64,000 bases of DNA. Source: an uncultured Eubacteriales bacterium. Lineage in GTDB: Bacteria > Bacillota > Clostridia > TANB77 > CAG-508. Below the pieces are notes generated by a model that searched no databases, was not told where the DNA came from, and was given only the letters and a program-made list of their open reading frames with translations. The position numbers and the translations under genes are program-made. The stretch covers positions 155,538 to 219,537 of the forward strand of contig CATKWX010000001.1 in NCBI GenBank assembly GCA_949840345.1. Reading direction: 5' to 3'. Each line of letters begins with the position of its first letter. Position 1 is the stretch's first letter. Of this stretch, positions 51,809-62,745 are shown in pieces.

Positions 51809-52547
51809 TTATTTGTATTGACTGTATCCGTTTTCTTCAATTTCTCTTGCTAATTCTTGTCCACCTGTTTTTACAATTTTTCCATCCACTAAAACATGCA
51901 CGTAGTCTACTTTTAAACTATGTAATATTTTTGTGTTATGTGTAATTATAAGTACTGCATTTTCATCATTTTTAAACATTTCTATACCTTTTGATACTGT
52001 TTTTATTGCATCAACATCTAGCCCTGAATCTGTTTCATCTAATATTGCAAGTTTTGGATTTAATACAAGCATTTGTAAAATCTCATTTTTCTTTTTTTCT
52101 CCACCAGAAAATCCTACATTTAAGCTTCTTTCCATATATGTAGAATTAATATTTAATTCTTCCATATAATTTTTTATTTCGTCCTTAAACTCAAATATTT
52201 TAACCGGCTTTCCTGTTATTTTATTTTTTGCATATTTTAAGAAATTTGTAACAGAAACTCCTGGTATTTCTTCTGGTAATTGAAAAGACATAAATATACC
52301 CTTTCTTGCAATTTCATCTGTTTTTAAACTTGTTATATCCTCTTCTTCAAAAAGAATGCTTCCATTAATTTTAGAGTACATAGGATTGTTTAATATAGCA
52401 TTTGCAGTAGTTGTTTTTCCGTGAACCATTAGGTCCCATTATTACATGTATCTCTCCTTTATTTATCTCCAAATTTATTCCTTTTAAAATTTCTTTTTCT
52501 TCTACATTTACACATAAATCTTTTATTTCTAATAATTTGTTATTCAT
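51809..52547 (-). CDS. sufC: Fe-S cluster assembly ATPase SufC; frameshifted
   Basis: ABC ATPase. The N-terminus [42 protein letters not shown] is in another frame at 52430-52547. The Walker A ggttcaCggaaaaac replaces GSGKTTT at about 52425. Confidence 0.85.
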
Positions 52548-52593
52548 AATTTACATTCCTTTCTTTTGGGTCTTTCTCATTGGCATAACCTAA

Positions 52594-52708
52594 GTAGTCC
52601 TTCGAAGTAGGGGCGGACACAAGGCCCGCCCCTACAAGCCAATTACGTCCCTACAGTGTTTGCAATATGTTTTTTGTAGGGACGAGCATTGCTCGTCCGA
52701 AACCTACA
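52594..52708. repeat. Family A: W plus H5 plus TACA plus CCCTACA plus Q plus inverted H4 plus CCTACA
   Basis: Upstream of sufC. Confidence 0.75.
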
Positions 52709-52717
52709 TTATATAAA

Positions 52718-53161
52718 TCAAACTTTCTTTCTTCTTAAACAACTTCTGCACTTCTCCCTATTAACATCATAATCACAGTCTAAATTATTCAAATCTAAAA
52801 CTTTGTGAACATATTTAGCGAGTTTATTTATTGTGTCATCAGATATTACAGATTTAATATTTTCGGCTTCAACTTCTGCTTTAGTTTCTTCTAAATTAAG
52901 TACATCTTTTAAGAACAGATAAACTATATCATATGCTTCTATTATTTTCTTTGCTAATTCTTCTCCACTTCCCGTAAGCTCAATTGTACCATATGATTCA
53001 TAGTTTACTAAATTATTATCTTTTAAACTGTGCAAAGCTTTATTTACACTAGGCTTTGTACAATTCATTTTATTTGCAATATCAGTAACTCTTACATTGC
53101 CATTTTGCTTTTTTAATATATACATTGTTTTTATGTATTCTTCTAATGATTTTGATATCAT
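52718..53161 (-). CDS. DtxR/MntR family metal-dependent transcriptional regulator
   Basis: N-terminal winged HTH plus a metal-binding dimerisation region, 147 aa. Confidence 0.6.
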   Translation of the reverse strand: MISKSLEEYIKTMYILKKQNGNVRVTDIANKMNCTKPSVNKALHSLKDNNLVNYESYGTIELTGSGEELAKKIIEAYDIVYLFLKDVLNLEETKAEVEAENIKSVISDDTINKLAKYVHKVLDLNNLDCDYDVNREKCRSCLRRKKV

Positions 53162-53273
53162 AAAATACCTCTCTTATATAATGTTAACCATAGTTAACAT
53201 TATATAACGCTACACATTGTTTGTCAAGGTTAACATTTAGTATGTACAAATTTTTTTTTGATATACAGCAAGA

Positions 53274-53299
53274 AGGTCACGCCATTGGCGTGACCCTAC
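53274..53299. repeat. Family A: H11 (ggtcacgccattggcgtgacc) plus CTACA
   Basis: Lies between cpsB and the DtxR-like gene. Confidence 0.65.
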
Positions 53300-53306
53300 A
53301 GTAATT

Positions 53307-54086
53307 TTATTTCATTCTCATAATTAATTTATCTATTAGTGATAAATATATTTCCTCTTGATTATTTATTTCTATTAACTTATCTTCTAAAACTAATTTT
53401 GGATTTATTGTTGTAATTTGCTCTAATTGTTCTGTACCAATAAACTTTTCTACTTGAAACAATATTTTTGGAATTTTATTATATATAGTATTTTTTCTAT
53501 GTACATCTGTACCTAAAAAATGAATCATATTATTTTTTAGAAGTTTTTTAATTATAATTTGTGCTCTTTCTCCATATTGTCCTACAAAACTTCCATAATT
53601 ACCTTGCATCAATACTCCCTTTTCTATTAATTCATTTATTATTTTAGGGTTTTGTTGAACAAATTCATATCTTTCTGGATGTGCTAATATTGGAATATAT
53701 CCGTTTTGTAATATGTCATATATAACTTCATATAAATTTATAGGTTTTACATTAAATGGTAACTCAAATAAAATATATCTTGTATTATTTATTGTACATG
53801 CTTTTTTATTTCTTATTAACTTATTGATATTATCTGAAATATAAATTTCATTTCCTAAAACTACATCTATATCTATTTGATTTTTTTCCAAAATAGATTT
53901 AATTGAATTCATTAATTCTATTCTTTTATCTGCATTTGCTTCATAATAGTTTTCCATATAATGAGATGTTAATATTACAGTTTTAAATCCAGCACTTCTT
54001 GCCTCTTTTAACAAAGTTATTGTTTCATTAATACAACTTGAACCATCATCTATATTAGGTAATATATGTGTATGAAAATCTATCAT
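53307..54086 (-). CDS. capsular polysaccharide biosynthesis tyrosine phosphatase (CpsB/YwqE, PHP family)
   Basis: MIDFHTHILPNIDDGS PHP motif. Confidence 0.75.
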   Translation of the reverse strand: MIDFHTHILPNIDDGSSCINETITLLKEARSAGFKTVILTSHYMENYYEANADKRIELMNSIKSILEKNQIDIDVVLGNEIYISDNINKLIRNKKACTINNTRYILFELPFNVKPINLYEVIYDILQNGYIPILAHPERYEFVQQNPKIINELIEKGVLMQGNYGSFVGQYGERAQIIIKKLLKNNMIHFLGTDVHRKNTIYNKIPKILFQVEKFIGTEQLEQITTINPKLVLEDKLIEINNQEEIYLSLIDKLIMRMK

Positions 54087-54087
54087 T

Positions 54088-54885
54088 TTAATTCTCCTCA
54101 TCTATTAATTCTATACTATCTGGTTTAGTAAAGTCTTCATTTATATTTTCAGTCATATTTAATTCTAACATCTCTGTTTCCCTTTCTCTTCCTGGAGTTG
54201 ATCCATAATAGTATGATTGTTCATATTTCTTGGCTGGAACTGGAACCTTATTTAAAACAACTCCAAATATCTTCCCTCCAATGTTGTTTATTCCTGTAAT
54301 TACTCGCTTTAAGTCCTTTTTCTTGGTTGATTTGTGTGCAGCAACAACAATTGTCGAATCCACAATTCTTGCAAGTAACAAAGAATCAGTAACTAATTGG
54401 CAAGGTGTTCCATCTATAATTACAATATCATATAATTTTTTTATGTCCTCTAGTAAATCGAACATATGAGTTGAATTTAAAAGTTCTGATGGATTTGGCG
54501 GCACACTTCCTGCTACCATCACATCTAAATTTGATATACCAGTTTTCTGAATATATCTATTTAATATTACCTTTTCTTTACCATTTATATGTACAGCTGA
54601 TAAATAATTTGAAAGTCCAGGTTTTGGCCATACATCTAAAATTGAATACTGTCTTCCTTTTCTCATATCAGAATCTATTAATATAATTTTCTTTCCAGTT
54701 TTAGCAAAAGTTGCTGCCAAGTTGGCAGATACCCAGCTTTTTCCTTCCTTTGGAAATGTTGATGTTACTAATATTGTTTTTGAATTTTGAGTAACATTCA
54801 TAAATTGTATATTTGTTCTTAATGTTCTAAAAATTTCAGAAACAGGAGACTTAGGGTCATTATCAATAATTAATTCTCTTTTCAT
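54088..54885 (-). CDS. polysaccharide biosynthesis tyrosine autokinase (CpsD/CapB BY-kinase)
   Basis: Walker A TSTFPKEGKS, plus A' and B motifs. Confidence 0.75.
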   Translation of the reverse strand: MKRELIIDNDPKSPVSEIFRTLRTNIQFMNVTQNSKTILVTSTFPKEGKSWVSANLAATFAKTGKKIILIDSDMRKGRQYSILDVWPKPGLSNYLSAVHINGKEKVILNRYIQKTGISNLDVMVAGSVPPNPSELLNSTHMFDLLEDIKKLYDIVIIDGTPCQLVTDSLLLARIVDSTIVVAAHKSTKKKDLKRVITGINNIGGKIFGVVLNKVPVPAKKYEQSYYYGSTPGRERETEMLELNMTENINEDFTKPDSIELIDEEN

Positions 54886-55589
54886 TATCTCTTGCCTCCT
54901 TTTTTCTTATTTTTACCCTCTTGTTCGTATACTGGTATAGAAGCTAAAACAGGCACTTGATAAATATTTTCTATGTCTTCTGCTGATTTTATTGTTGTAT
55001 CTAACATATTTTCAAGCAATACATAAAAAGCTGAAATAACTATACCAACTATAATATAAATTGCAATATCTCTTTTATAATTTATATTGGAAGGTTCACT
55101 TGATATTTCTGCTTCATCCACAACTTGAATATTCTCTATATTATATATGTTTTTTACTTTCTCCATAAAAACTTGTGCAATTTCATTTGCAATTCTTCTT
55201 GCGTTATATTTATTTTCATTTGTTACTGTTATTTCGATTAATTCTGTATTTTTTACTGAACTAACATTTATATTTTTTCTAAGCTCATCTTCTTTTATAT
55301 CTATGTTTAAGTTATTTATAACAGTTCTTAAAACATTTTTACTCTTTACTAATTCGCTATATGTTGATATTAATTTTGAATTTACATTTAAATCTGTTGC
55401 TGTTATTGAGCTATCTTTTGATGTTAAGTTGGTAGCTAGAACTAATGTTGTAGAAGAACTATACATTGGCGTTACAAAAAAAATTGAGTAAATCATACCA
55501 ACTATAACAAATAGTATTACTATTAATATAATTCGGAATTTTCTATTCCAAAACATCTTAAACAATTCTTTTAAATCTAACTCTTCCAT
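54885..55589 (-). CDS. polysaccharide chain-length determinant (Wzz/CpsC/YwqC family)
   Basis: Two TM segments flanking a periplasmic coiled region. Its stop overlaps the kinase start. Confidence 0.7.
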   Translation of the reverse strand: MEELDLKELFKMFWNRKFRIILIVILFVIVGMIYSIFFVTPMYSSSTTLVLATNLTSKDSSITATDLNVNSKLISTYSELVKSKNVLRTVINNLNIDIKEDELRKNINVSSVKNTELIEITVTNENKYNARRIANEIAQVFMEKVKNIYNIENIQVVDEAEISSEPSNINYKRDIAIYIIVGIVISAFYVLLENMLDTTIKSAEDIENIYQVPVLASIPVYEQEGKNKKKGGKR

Positions 55590-55782
55590 TTGTTCTCCTC
55601 ATATAAAATTAATTTTACTTTATCTTTTTGTGTTAATAGTATAATTTTACTAAATATGCCATTTTTCCCAATTCTATATAATTATAGCACAATTAATTGA
55701 CAATGTAAACCTATTTTATGTAAATTAATAATAAGGAATATTTAAAACACATGTTCCTGTATGCTTTGAATATTCCTTATTA

Positions 55783-56553
55783 TTAATTTGGTCTATATTC
55801 TATGTACTCTATATTGCTGTTTTTACTTCTTTCTACCATAGCATTATATACTCTATTTCTTAAGTCCTGTTTTCTTTCCTTAATTGGTAATTCCTCATTT
55901 GAAAAAAATGGTCCATCTACATATGTTACAATTTGAATTTTATCATTATTTTTACCATAACTTTGGTATGTATTTGTTACACAAAATGCTGGAACATTTA
56001 ATTCTATTGGGTATTTAAAAGATACATCTTTAAATGGTCTAATTTTTGTATAATATGGCCAAATATGTGCTTCAGGAAATATTGTAACAGAATATCCTTT
56101 TTTTATTTTTGCATTTATGCTTTCTAAGAAATTTTTCATTGCTTTTTTCTTGGTTGGAATTGGTATTGCTCCAAGCATTTGAACAATGTTTCCTAAAAAT
56201 CTCATTGAAACATTTTCAGGATTTACTATCAAAAAATTTCTTTTAGGAAATATTGTGTTAGTTATTATAAATGTATCTGCAAAACTTTGAGTATGATTCC
56301 CATATACAAAATAACCTTGTTTTTTATATAGTTTTAATTTTTCTTTTCCAACGTATTTTATTTTAAATTTTGCCTTTACGTAAATGAATTTTATTGGAAC
56401 ACTTAAAACATTTTGAACTAGCCATCCAAAAGCTCTCCAAAATATGTTTTTATGCTCATATTTATAATTTTCGTCTATTTCCCTTGGCTCTATTTTTGCG
56501 GTTGAAAATTCATCATTTAATTCATCTTTATAATAAATTATTCTCTTTTCCAT
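55783..56553 (-). CDS. lysophospholipid acyltransferase (PlsC/LPLAT family)
   Basis: HX4D motif (NHTQSFAD) and a FPEAH block. Confidence 0.6.
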   Translation of the reverse strand: MEKRIIYYKDELNDEFSTAKIEPREIDENYKYEHKNIFWRAFGWLVQNVLSVPIKFIYVKAKFKIKYVGKEKLKLYKKQGYFVYGNHTQSFADTFIITNTIFPKRNFLIVNPENVSMRFLGNIVQMLGAIPIPTKKKAMKNFLESINAKIKKGYSVTIFPEAHIWPYYTKIRPFKDVSFKYPIELNVPAFCVTNTYQSYGKNNDKIQIVTYVDGPFFSNEELPIKERKQDLRNRVYNAMVERSKNSNIEYIEYRPN

Positions 56554-56577
56554 AATATAATCCTTTTTTAGGGTATT

Positions 56578-56695
56578 CCTCTGGAGTACGGGTCGTCGGG
56601 GACGCCGACCCCTACAAATTAATTATTCATTATTCGTTTATACATTACTAGGGTATTTCTCTGGAGAACGGAACGACGAGGGCGTCGTTCCCTAC
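56578..56695. repeat. Family A: W plus H12 (gggtcgtcggggacgccgaccc) plus CTACA plus heptamers plus W plus H1' plus CTACA
   Basis: Lies between the two acyltransferase genes. Confidence 0.75.
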
Positions 56696-56698
56696 AAA

Positions 56699-57568
56699 TT
56701 AACTCTTCACTGCGTTAGCTTTTGTGGTGTATTCTAATGGAATTCCATAAAATTTCTCATATATATTTTTCCAAATATTAAAATTTTGTTCCTTCATTAA
56801 TTCAATATTTTGTCTGCTTTGCATATCAACTCTTGGATATATCGGTTCTTCTATATGTACAAAATATTCCTTTATTGGGAATCCATCAACTCCTATAGTT
56901 TCAGTATCTTTCATAGTTATAAACATTGGAATTACTGGCACATTACTTTTAGTTGCCATTTTGAAAGCTCCACTTTTTAGTGGCTTTGGCTTTTTATAAT
57001 TCCACCATAAACTTTGTTCTGGATATATTAATATAAAATTTCCCTTTCTTAAAATTGTATCTACCGCTTCTAAAAATTTTACCATAGTTCTCTTATTTGA
57101 GCTTAATGGCAATGTATCACAATTTCTAAATAAGAAACCATAAAATCCTGGAAAGTTGGTATAATTACCTTCTCTTATAACTTTATATAATTTTCTTTCT
57201 TTATCTTGACCAGATTCTCTAAAAACTTTTTCAACAGTAAACACATCCATTGGATTAAAATGATTACAAGTTATAACAGCACCTGTTTTTACTTTTTGTA
57301 AATTTTGGATACCATTTATTTCTTTTATAATTAACTTATTATTTTTTAGTAATTCGTTTAAAAATACTTTTCCAACACTATTTGCAAAACTTGCCTTTAA
57401 CTTATTTCTTCCCTTTTTTTTCAAATAATCTATATTATCTGGTGTAAGCACAATAGTAGGAGGGTCATTTTCTGCATCTTCATCAAAACGACCTTCTAAT
57501 TCTAATCTTTCAATTTTTTCTAATACTTCCAGTCTATACTTATCTTTCTCTATAACTTGTTCTTTCAT
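56699..57568 (-). CDS. lysophospholipid acyltransferase family protein (LPLAT)
   Basis: HX4D motif (CNHFNPMD) and an IYPEQS block. Confidence 0.55.
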   Translation of the reverse strand: MKEQVIEKDKYRLEVLEKIERLELEGRFDEDAENDPPTIVLTPDNIDYLKKKGRNKLKASFANSVGKVFLNELLKNNKLIIKEINGIQNLQKVKTGAVITCNHFNPMDVFTVEKVFRESGQDKERKLYKVIREGNYTNFPGFYGFLFRNCDTLPLSSNKRTMVKFLEAVDTILRKGNFILIYPEQSLWWNYKKPKPLKSGAFKMATKSNVPVIPMFITMKDTETIGVDGFPIKEYFVHIEEPIYPRVDMQSRQNIELMKEQNFNIWKNIYEKFYGIPLEYTTKANAVKS

Positions 57569-57614
57569 TTATAGCAACTTTCCTTTCCCATCTAAAAGTA
57601 TATAACTAGAGTTT

Positions 57615-57728
57615 GTAAAAGAATTAGTATATTGCAAGGCAATTCAAATCAAAAAAGCGGAAATGTACGATTGTACTTCTAAGCATTTTTTGATTTGAAT
57701 TAATGCAAGCAAGATGCTTATTATTTTA
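57615..57728 (+). repeat. Family B structured element
   Basis: Helix caaatcaaaaaa/ttttttgatttg and inner gtac-gatt-gtac. Confidence 0.7.
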
Positions 57729-58661
57729 CAAACTCCTATAGTTTCTGTCGTCTCCTACACAACTATTCTCCTTAATCGCAAGCTCTACTAAAGATTTTTC
57801 TGCTTCTCTATCTTTAAATTTTTCTTCTTCTGTGTAACTATTTCTTATTTCTAAAATTTCCTCATAAAACTCTGTTTCTTTAGCATATTTCCAAAAGTAT
57901 TCACTATATATAATATCTTCAAAATGCCAAGGTTTGTATGCAAAATTATAATGTATTAGTTTAATATCCTCTTCTTTGGTTTCATTATTTACATATGGCA
58001 TTACATCCCAGTCGTGGCTAACAATAGTTGTTCTTCCCTTGCATAATCTATTTAAATAATCTTGGTCTTGTGCTACTGAAAATTTTACTTTCCCTAATAA
58101 GTATAAAAACTTCTCTTGAAATTTAAATTTTCTTAACTCATCTAAATTCATCAACAATACACCAGCATTAAAATAATGTTGATATTTTGCAACTCCTACT
58201 ACTAATTCTGCATAATCTTGAAAAACTTTATTTGTTTGTATTATATCATCTGGTGCTGCTGCAACTAAATTTGTTCCCATATCTGTATTATATAATTCAG
58301 ATATATCTCCTACAACTATAATATCGCTATCTAAATACAATACTTTGTCATATTGCGGATATAGTTCTGGTAAGAATAATCTAAAATATGTTGTATTTGT
58401 GTAATAATCGCGAGTATATAATTTATCTTGAACTTTTTCTATATAATAACTTAAGTCTACAAATTCCACATTTACATTTTCACATTCGAATTTCTTTATT
58501 TGGTTTTTATGAGCTTCTTCTACATTTGTATGTAAAACTTTTATGCTGTAATTATAGTCTTTACTTGCATTAACTAATAGTGACTTTAATGCTACTGCTA
58601 AAAATGGTGTATACCCGTCATCTATAGCAAAAAATATTGGTATTTCTTTATTATTATTCAT
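57726..58661 (-). CDS. glycosyltransferase family 8
   Basis: DxD (YLDSDIIV) and NAGVLLMNL GT8 motifs. Confidence 0.7.
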   Translation of the reverse strand: MNNNKEIPIFFAIDDGYTPFLAVALKSLLVNASKDYNYSIKVLHTNVEEAHKNQIKKFECENVNVEFVDLSYYIEKVQDKLYTRDYYTNTTYFRLFLPELYPQYDKVLYLDSDIIVVGDISELYNTDMGTNLVAAAPDDIIQTNKVFQDYAELVVGVAKYQHYFNAGVLLMNLDELRKFKFQEKFLYLLGKVKFSVAQDQDYLNRLCKGRTTIVSHDWDVMPYVNNETKEEDIKLIHYNFAYKPWHFEDIIYSEYFWKYAKETEFYEEILEIRNSYTEEEKFKDREAEKSLVELAIKENSCVGDDRNYRSL

Positions 58662-59573
58662 TTAAATTCTCTCCTCTATTTTATTTTCAAATTTTTGTTT
58701 TAGTTTTACATACTCTTCTAGATCCTTATCAAATGAATGACATTTTAGTACAGTATGTACTTCATGTATATTCCATTGTTTATAATTTTCTGTATGTGGA
58801 TATGGTCTAAACATAAGTCTTTTACAAAAATGACAAATTACAGTATCTTTTCTATTAAATTTAGACTGTTCATTAAACTTCCTTGGCAATAGCAATTTCT
58901 TTTTAGTGTTCCAATAAATTGCACTTTGGTCTGCAAATAATAATTTTTTTCTTTTTAATAATTCTCTTGCTTTTTCTAAAAGCTTGGTTTGTTTTATTTT
59001 TTTCATATTTAATAACAGCATACCTGCATTTATATAATCTGGTCTAATTAGCCAACATCCATATTTTTCTTTTACAGCAGCATATTCATATTCATCTATG
59101 TTTATATTATATAACTTTGTAATATCATCTCCCACCATTATATCTATATCTAAATATAATAGTTTATCTGGAATCTCAGGAATTTTATCTGCAAGTAATC
59201 TTAATAGTGTATATGGAGTACAATATGCATCTTCATTAGCCGAATTCATAAATTCTTCTTCATAGAGACTTGTAACATCAATTTTTATTACTTGGTTATT
59301 TGGATTTTTTGATTTTACAACTTCATTTAGAAACTCTACTTGCTCATCTGTAATGCATACATATTCCGGCTTTATTCTTGAAACATCCATAGTAAAAATA
59401 TAACAATTAATTGCTTCTTTTGTTCTATTAGTAATTGATATTAATTGCGTGAGTGCACCATCAAAAACCTTTTTATTGCCACACAAAAGTAAATTTACCA
59501 TTTTTACTCCTTTACTTTTATTCTTTTTATCTCTATTTAGTATCTTATCATAAAAAATGACATTAATCAACAA
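58662..59573 (-). CDS. glycosyltransferase family 8 (start probably MVNLLL at about 59501)
   Basis: YLDIDIMV DxD and NAGMLLLNM motifs. Confidence 0.65.
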   Translation of the reverse strand: MLINVIFYDKILNRDKKNKSKGVKMVNLLLCGNKKVFDGALTQLISITNRTKEAINCYIFTMDVSRIKPEYVCITDEQVEFLNEVVKSKNPNNQVIKIDVTSLYEEEFMNSANEDAYCTPYTLLRLLADKIPEIPDKLLYLDIDIMVGDDITKLYNINIDEYEYAAVKEKYGCWLIRPDYINAGMLLLNMKKIKQTKLLEKARELLKRKKLLFADQSAIYWNTKKKLLLPRKFNEQSKFNRKDTVICHFCKRLMFRPYPHTENYKQWNIHEVHTVLKCHSFDKDLEEYVKLKQKFENKIEERI

Positions 59574-59581
59574 ATTATTTA

Positions 59582-60488
59582 TTAATTATTTTTCCTTATT
59601 TTAGCAACAAAAAATCCCTCATATAATTCATTTGGTGCTACGCATACTGTACCTTCTATTGTTACTGGCAACATTGGAACATCTATTAAGCTTTCTTTAT
59701 CTATTGGAACTATAGTTGCATTCTCCTTTTGTAATACTCTATTTAATAAATTTTCATTTTCATCTTTTAATATAGAACAAGTTGAATATACCATTTCACT
59801 CCCTGGTTTTAATATTTTTAGAGCCTTTTTTAATAATTCTTCTTGTGTTTTTATAGACCTTTTAACTAATTCTTCTGTAAAATTATTTTCTTTCATATTT
59901 ATAATATTTAACGTTCCGCTTCCGCTACAAGGAGCATCTAGTAATATTTTATCAAAGGAAAAAAAGTCACTTAATTTTCTTGCATCCTCCATCATCACAT
60001 TTATGCCCTTTGCACCTTGTCTTTCTATATTATACTTTAGTCTATCCACTCTTATTCTATTTTTTTCACAAGCTGTAATCATTGCTTTGTTTTGAGACTC
60101 CATTGCCATCTGCGTAGTTTTTCCGCCGTGGAGCTGAAGCCATATCTAATATGTTTTCTTTTTCTCTTGGCGATAATATAATTGGAGGTATCATTGAAGA
60201 TAAACTCTGTAAATATATTTCTCCATTTTCATACATCTCTAATTTTCGTATGTCATATTCTTTTGCATTTTCTATAATTAAAGCATTTTTATACCAGCTT
60301 ACATCTCTATATGTAATACCAGCTTCCGTAAGTTTTTTCTTTATATCGTCTACGTTAGTTTTTATTGTATTTACTCTTAAAGTTACTAATCTTTCTTTTG
60401 AATATCCGTCGATTATTTTATTTGTAAGTTCATTACCATATTGTTCTATTAACATTTCATATAGAAATTTAAGGATTTTATCTTGCAT
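59582..60488 (-). CDS. RsmB/RsmF (NOL1/NOP2/Sun) family RNA m5C methyltransferase; frameshifted
   Basis: DAPCSGSGT and YSTCS motifs in ORF 59582-60109, with the N-terminal half in ORF 60066-60488. The sequence gctccaCggcggaaaaact replaces MAAPGGKTT at about 60117. Confidence 0.75.
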
Positions 60489-60536
60489 ACATATTTCTCC
60501 TTTTTATATTAAAGGACGAGTTTTTGCTCGTCCATA

Positions 60537-62736
60537 TTATTTTCTTAACCTCAAAGCATTTAATATTACAGTTATACTACTTAACACCATTGCTAAACTT
60601 GCAATCATTGGGTTTATTGAAATTCCAATAGGCTTTAATATTCCAATTGCAACTGGTATCATTAAACAGTTATAAAAAAATGCCCAAAATAGGTTTTGCT
60701 TAATATTTCTTACTGTTTTTTTACTAATATTAATTAAATTCACAATACTTCTTAAGTCATTTTTAGTTAATATTACATCTGATGAATCCATTGCTATATC
60801 TGTTCCACTATTTACGCTAACCCCAATATCAGCACTTGCAAGTGCTGGGCTATCATTTATTCCATCTCCACACATCATTACAAATTTATTTTCACTCTTT
60901 AAGTTTTTAATTGTATCTGCTTTTCCAGAAGGTAACACATTTGAAATTACTTTTGTAATTCCAACTTCCTTTGCGATTTTTTCTGCAGTTTCAGTATTAT
61001 CTCCAGTTAGCATAATCGTATCTACTTTAGCTTTAGTAAATTCTCCTATTACCTCTTTTGCTTCTTCTCTTACAATATCATTTACACCAATTATTGCAAT
61101 TATCTGTTTATTTTTTACTACATACACAATACTGTTTTTCTTCTCTGCTAATACTTTTTCATCCTCTAAATGATTATTTTGAATTTCATATTTAGAAAGC
61201 ATTTTTGAATTTCCAAGTAATATTTCTTCACCTTCTATTACCCCTACAATACCTAAACCTGCTATATTTTCAAAATTTTGCACATCCAAATTTTTAAGTT
61301 TTCTTTCTTCTAAATAATCTGTAAATGCTTTTCCTATTGGGTGTGTCGATTTGCTCTCTAAGCTTCCAACTAATTGCATTAATTTATCATCTTCAAGCGA
61401 GCTATAATTTATTATCTCTGAAATTTTTAATTTTCCATAAGTTAAAGTTCCTGTTTTATCAAACACTATTGTATCTATTTTCCTAGCATTTTCTAAAATC
61501 TCACTTTTCTTTATCAGTATCCCATTTGTTGCACATACACCTTCACTTATGATTATTGCAAGAGGTGTCGCTAACCCTAAACTACAAGGACACGCTACAA
61601 CCAATATTGTAACAAATGTTGTTATGGCTAGGCTTAAACCTTGACCCAAACTTAAGTATATAATAAATGTAATTATTGCTATAATAATTACAGCTGGTAC
61701 AAATATTCCTGATACTTTATCTGCAATTTTTGCAATTGGTGCTTTTGTATTACTTGCTTCAACCACAAGTCTTACAATTTCAGATACAGTTGATTCTTTT
61801 CCTATTTTTTCTGCCTTATATTCTATGTAGCCATCATAATTCATACTTCCCGCAATTACTTTGTTTCCAATTTCTTTTGATACTGGCTTACTTTCTCCTG
61901 TAATAAATGATTCATCTAAATGTGCATTACCACTAACAACTTCTCCATCTACTGCAATTTTCTCTCCTGGTTTTGCAACTACAATATCTCCCTTTCGAAT
62001 CTCATCTAATGTAACTCTTTTTTCTACACCATCTACTTTTATAACTGCAGTATTTGGCGTAATACTTACTAACTTTTGTATTGCTTCTTTAGTTTTATTT
62101 TTGCTTACCCCATCAATGTATCTTCCGAAGTTTTATAAAATAAATTACTATTGAAGCGGATTCAAAATATAAATCCATTACTAAATGACGATTTCCCATA
62201 AATACTAAATACATATTGTATAAACTGTATATTACACTTGCAACTACACCAATTCCTACTAATGTATCCATATTAGGTGTTTTATGAATTAAATTCTTGT
62301 AACCATTTTTTAAAATATCAAAACCATAAACAATAAAGCATATTGTTAATAAAAATAAAGAAATTGTATAATTAGCACTATTTAAATGCGGGTCAAGGAA
62401 AGGAACTGTAGGTAAGTTTATCATATCCCCCATTGAAATATACATTAGTACTACTGCTAAAACAGAAAAAATTATAAATTTAATTTTTTCTGTTTTGCTT
62501 TTTTCTTCAAATTTTATCTCTTTAAACTCTCCTAAACTTTTAAAACCAGCTTGCTTTACAAATTCCTCTATTTTTTCTTGATTCAGAATTTTTTCATCAT
62601 ATTCAACAGTAGCATTTGCCATAACTAAATTAACTGTTGCATTATTAATCCCACTTTGTTTATTTAAGTATTTTTCTAAACCATTAGAGCAAGCACTACA
62701 AGTCATTCCATCAATGGATAAAATTATTTTTTTCAT
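60537..62736 (-). CDS. copA: heavy-metal (copper) translocating P-type ATPase; frameshifted
   Basis: N-terminal HMA GMTCSACS (ORF 62113-62736) and a CPC, DKTGT, GDGINDSPAL core (ORF 60537-61844). The sequence aaacttCggaagatac replaces IKLGRYIDG at about 62126. Confidence 0.85.
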
Positions 62737-62745
62737 AAATTAATC

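Noticed and set aside
60066-60488. Treating split ORF pairs (60066/59582, 47511/47623, 15088/14856, and others) as separate short genes.
   Set aside because: Each pair is the two halves of one conserved protein joined by deleting a single C. They are annotated as single frameshifted genes.
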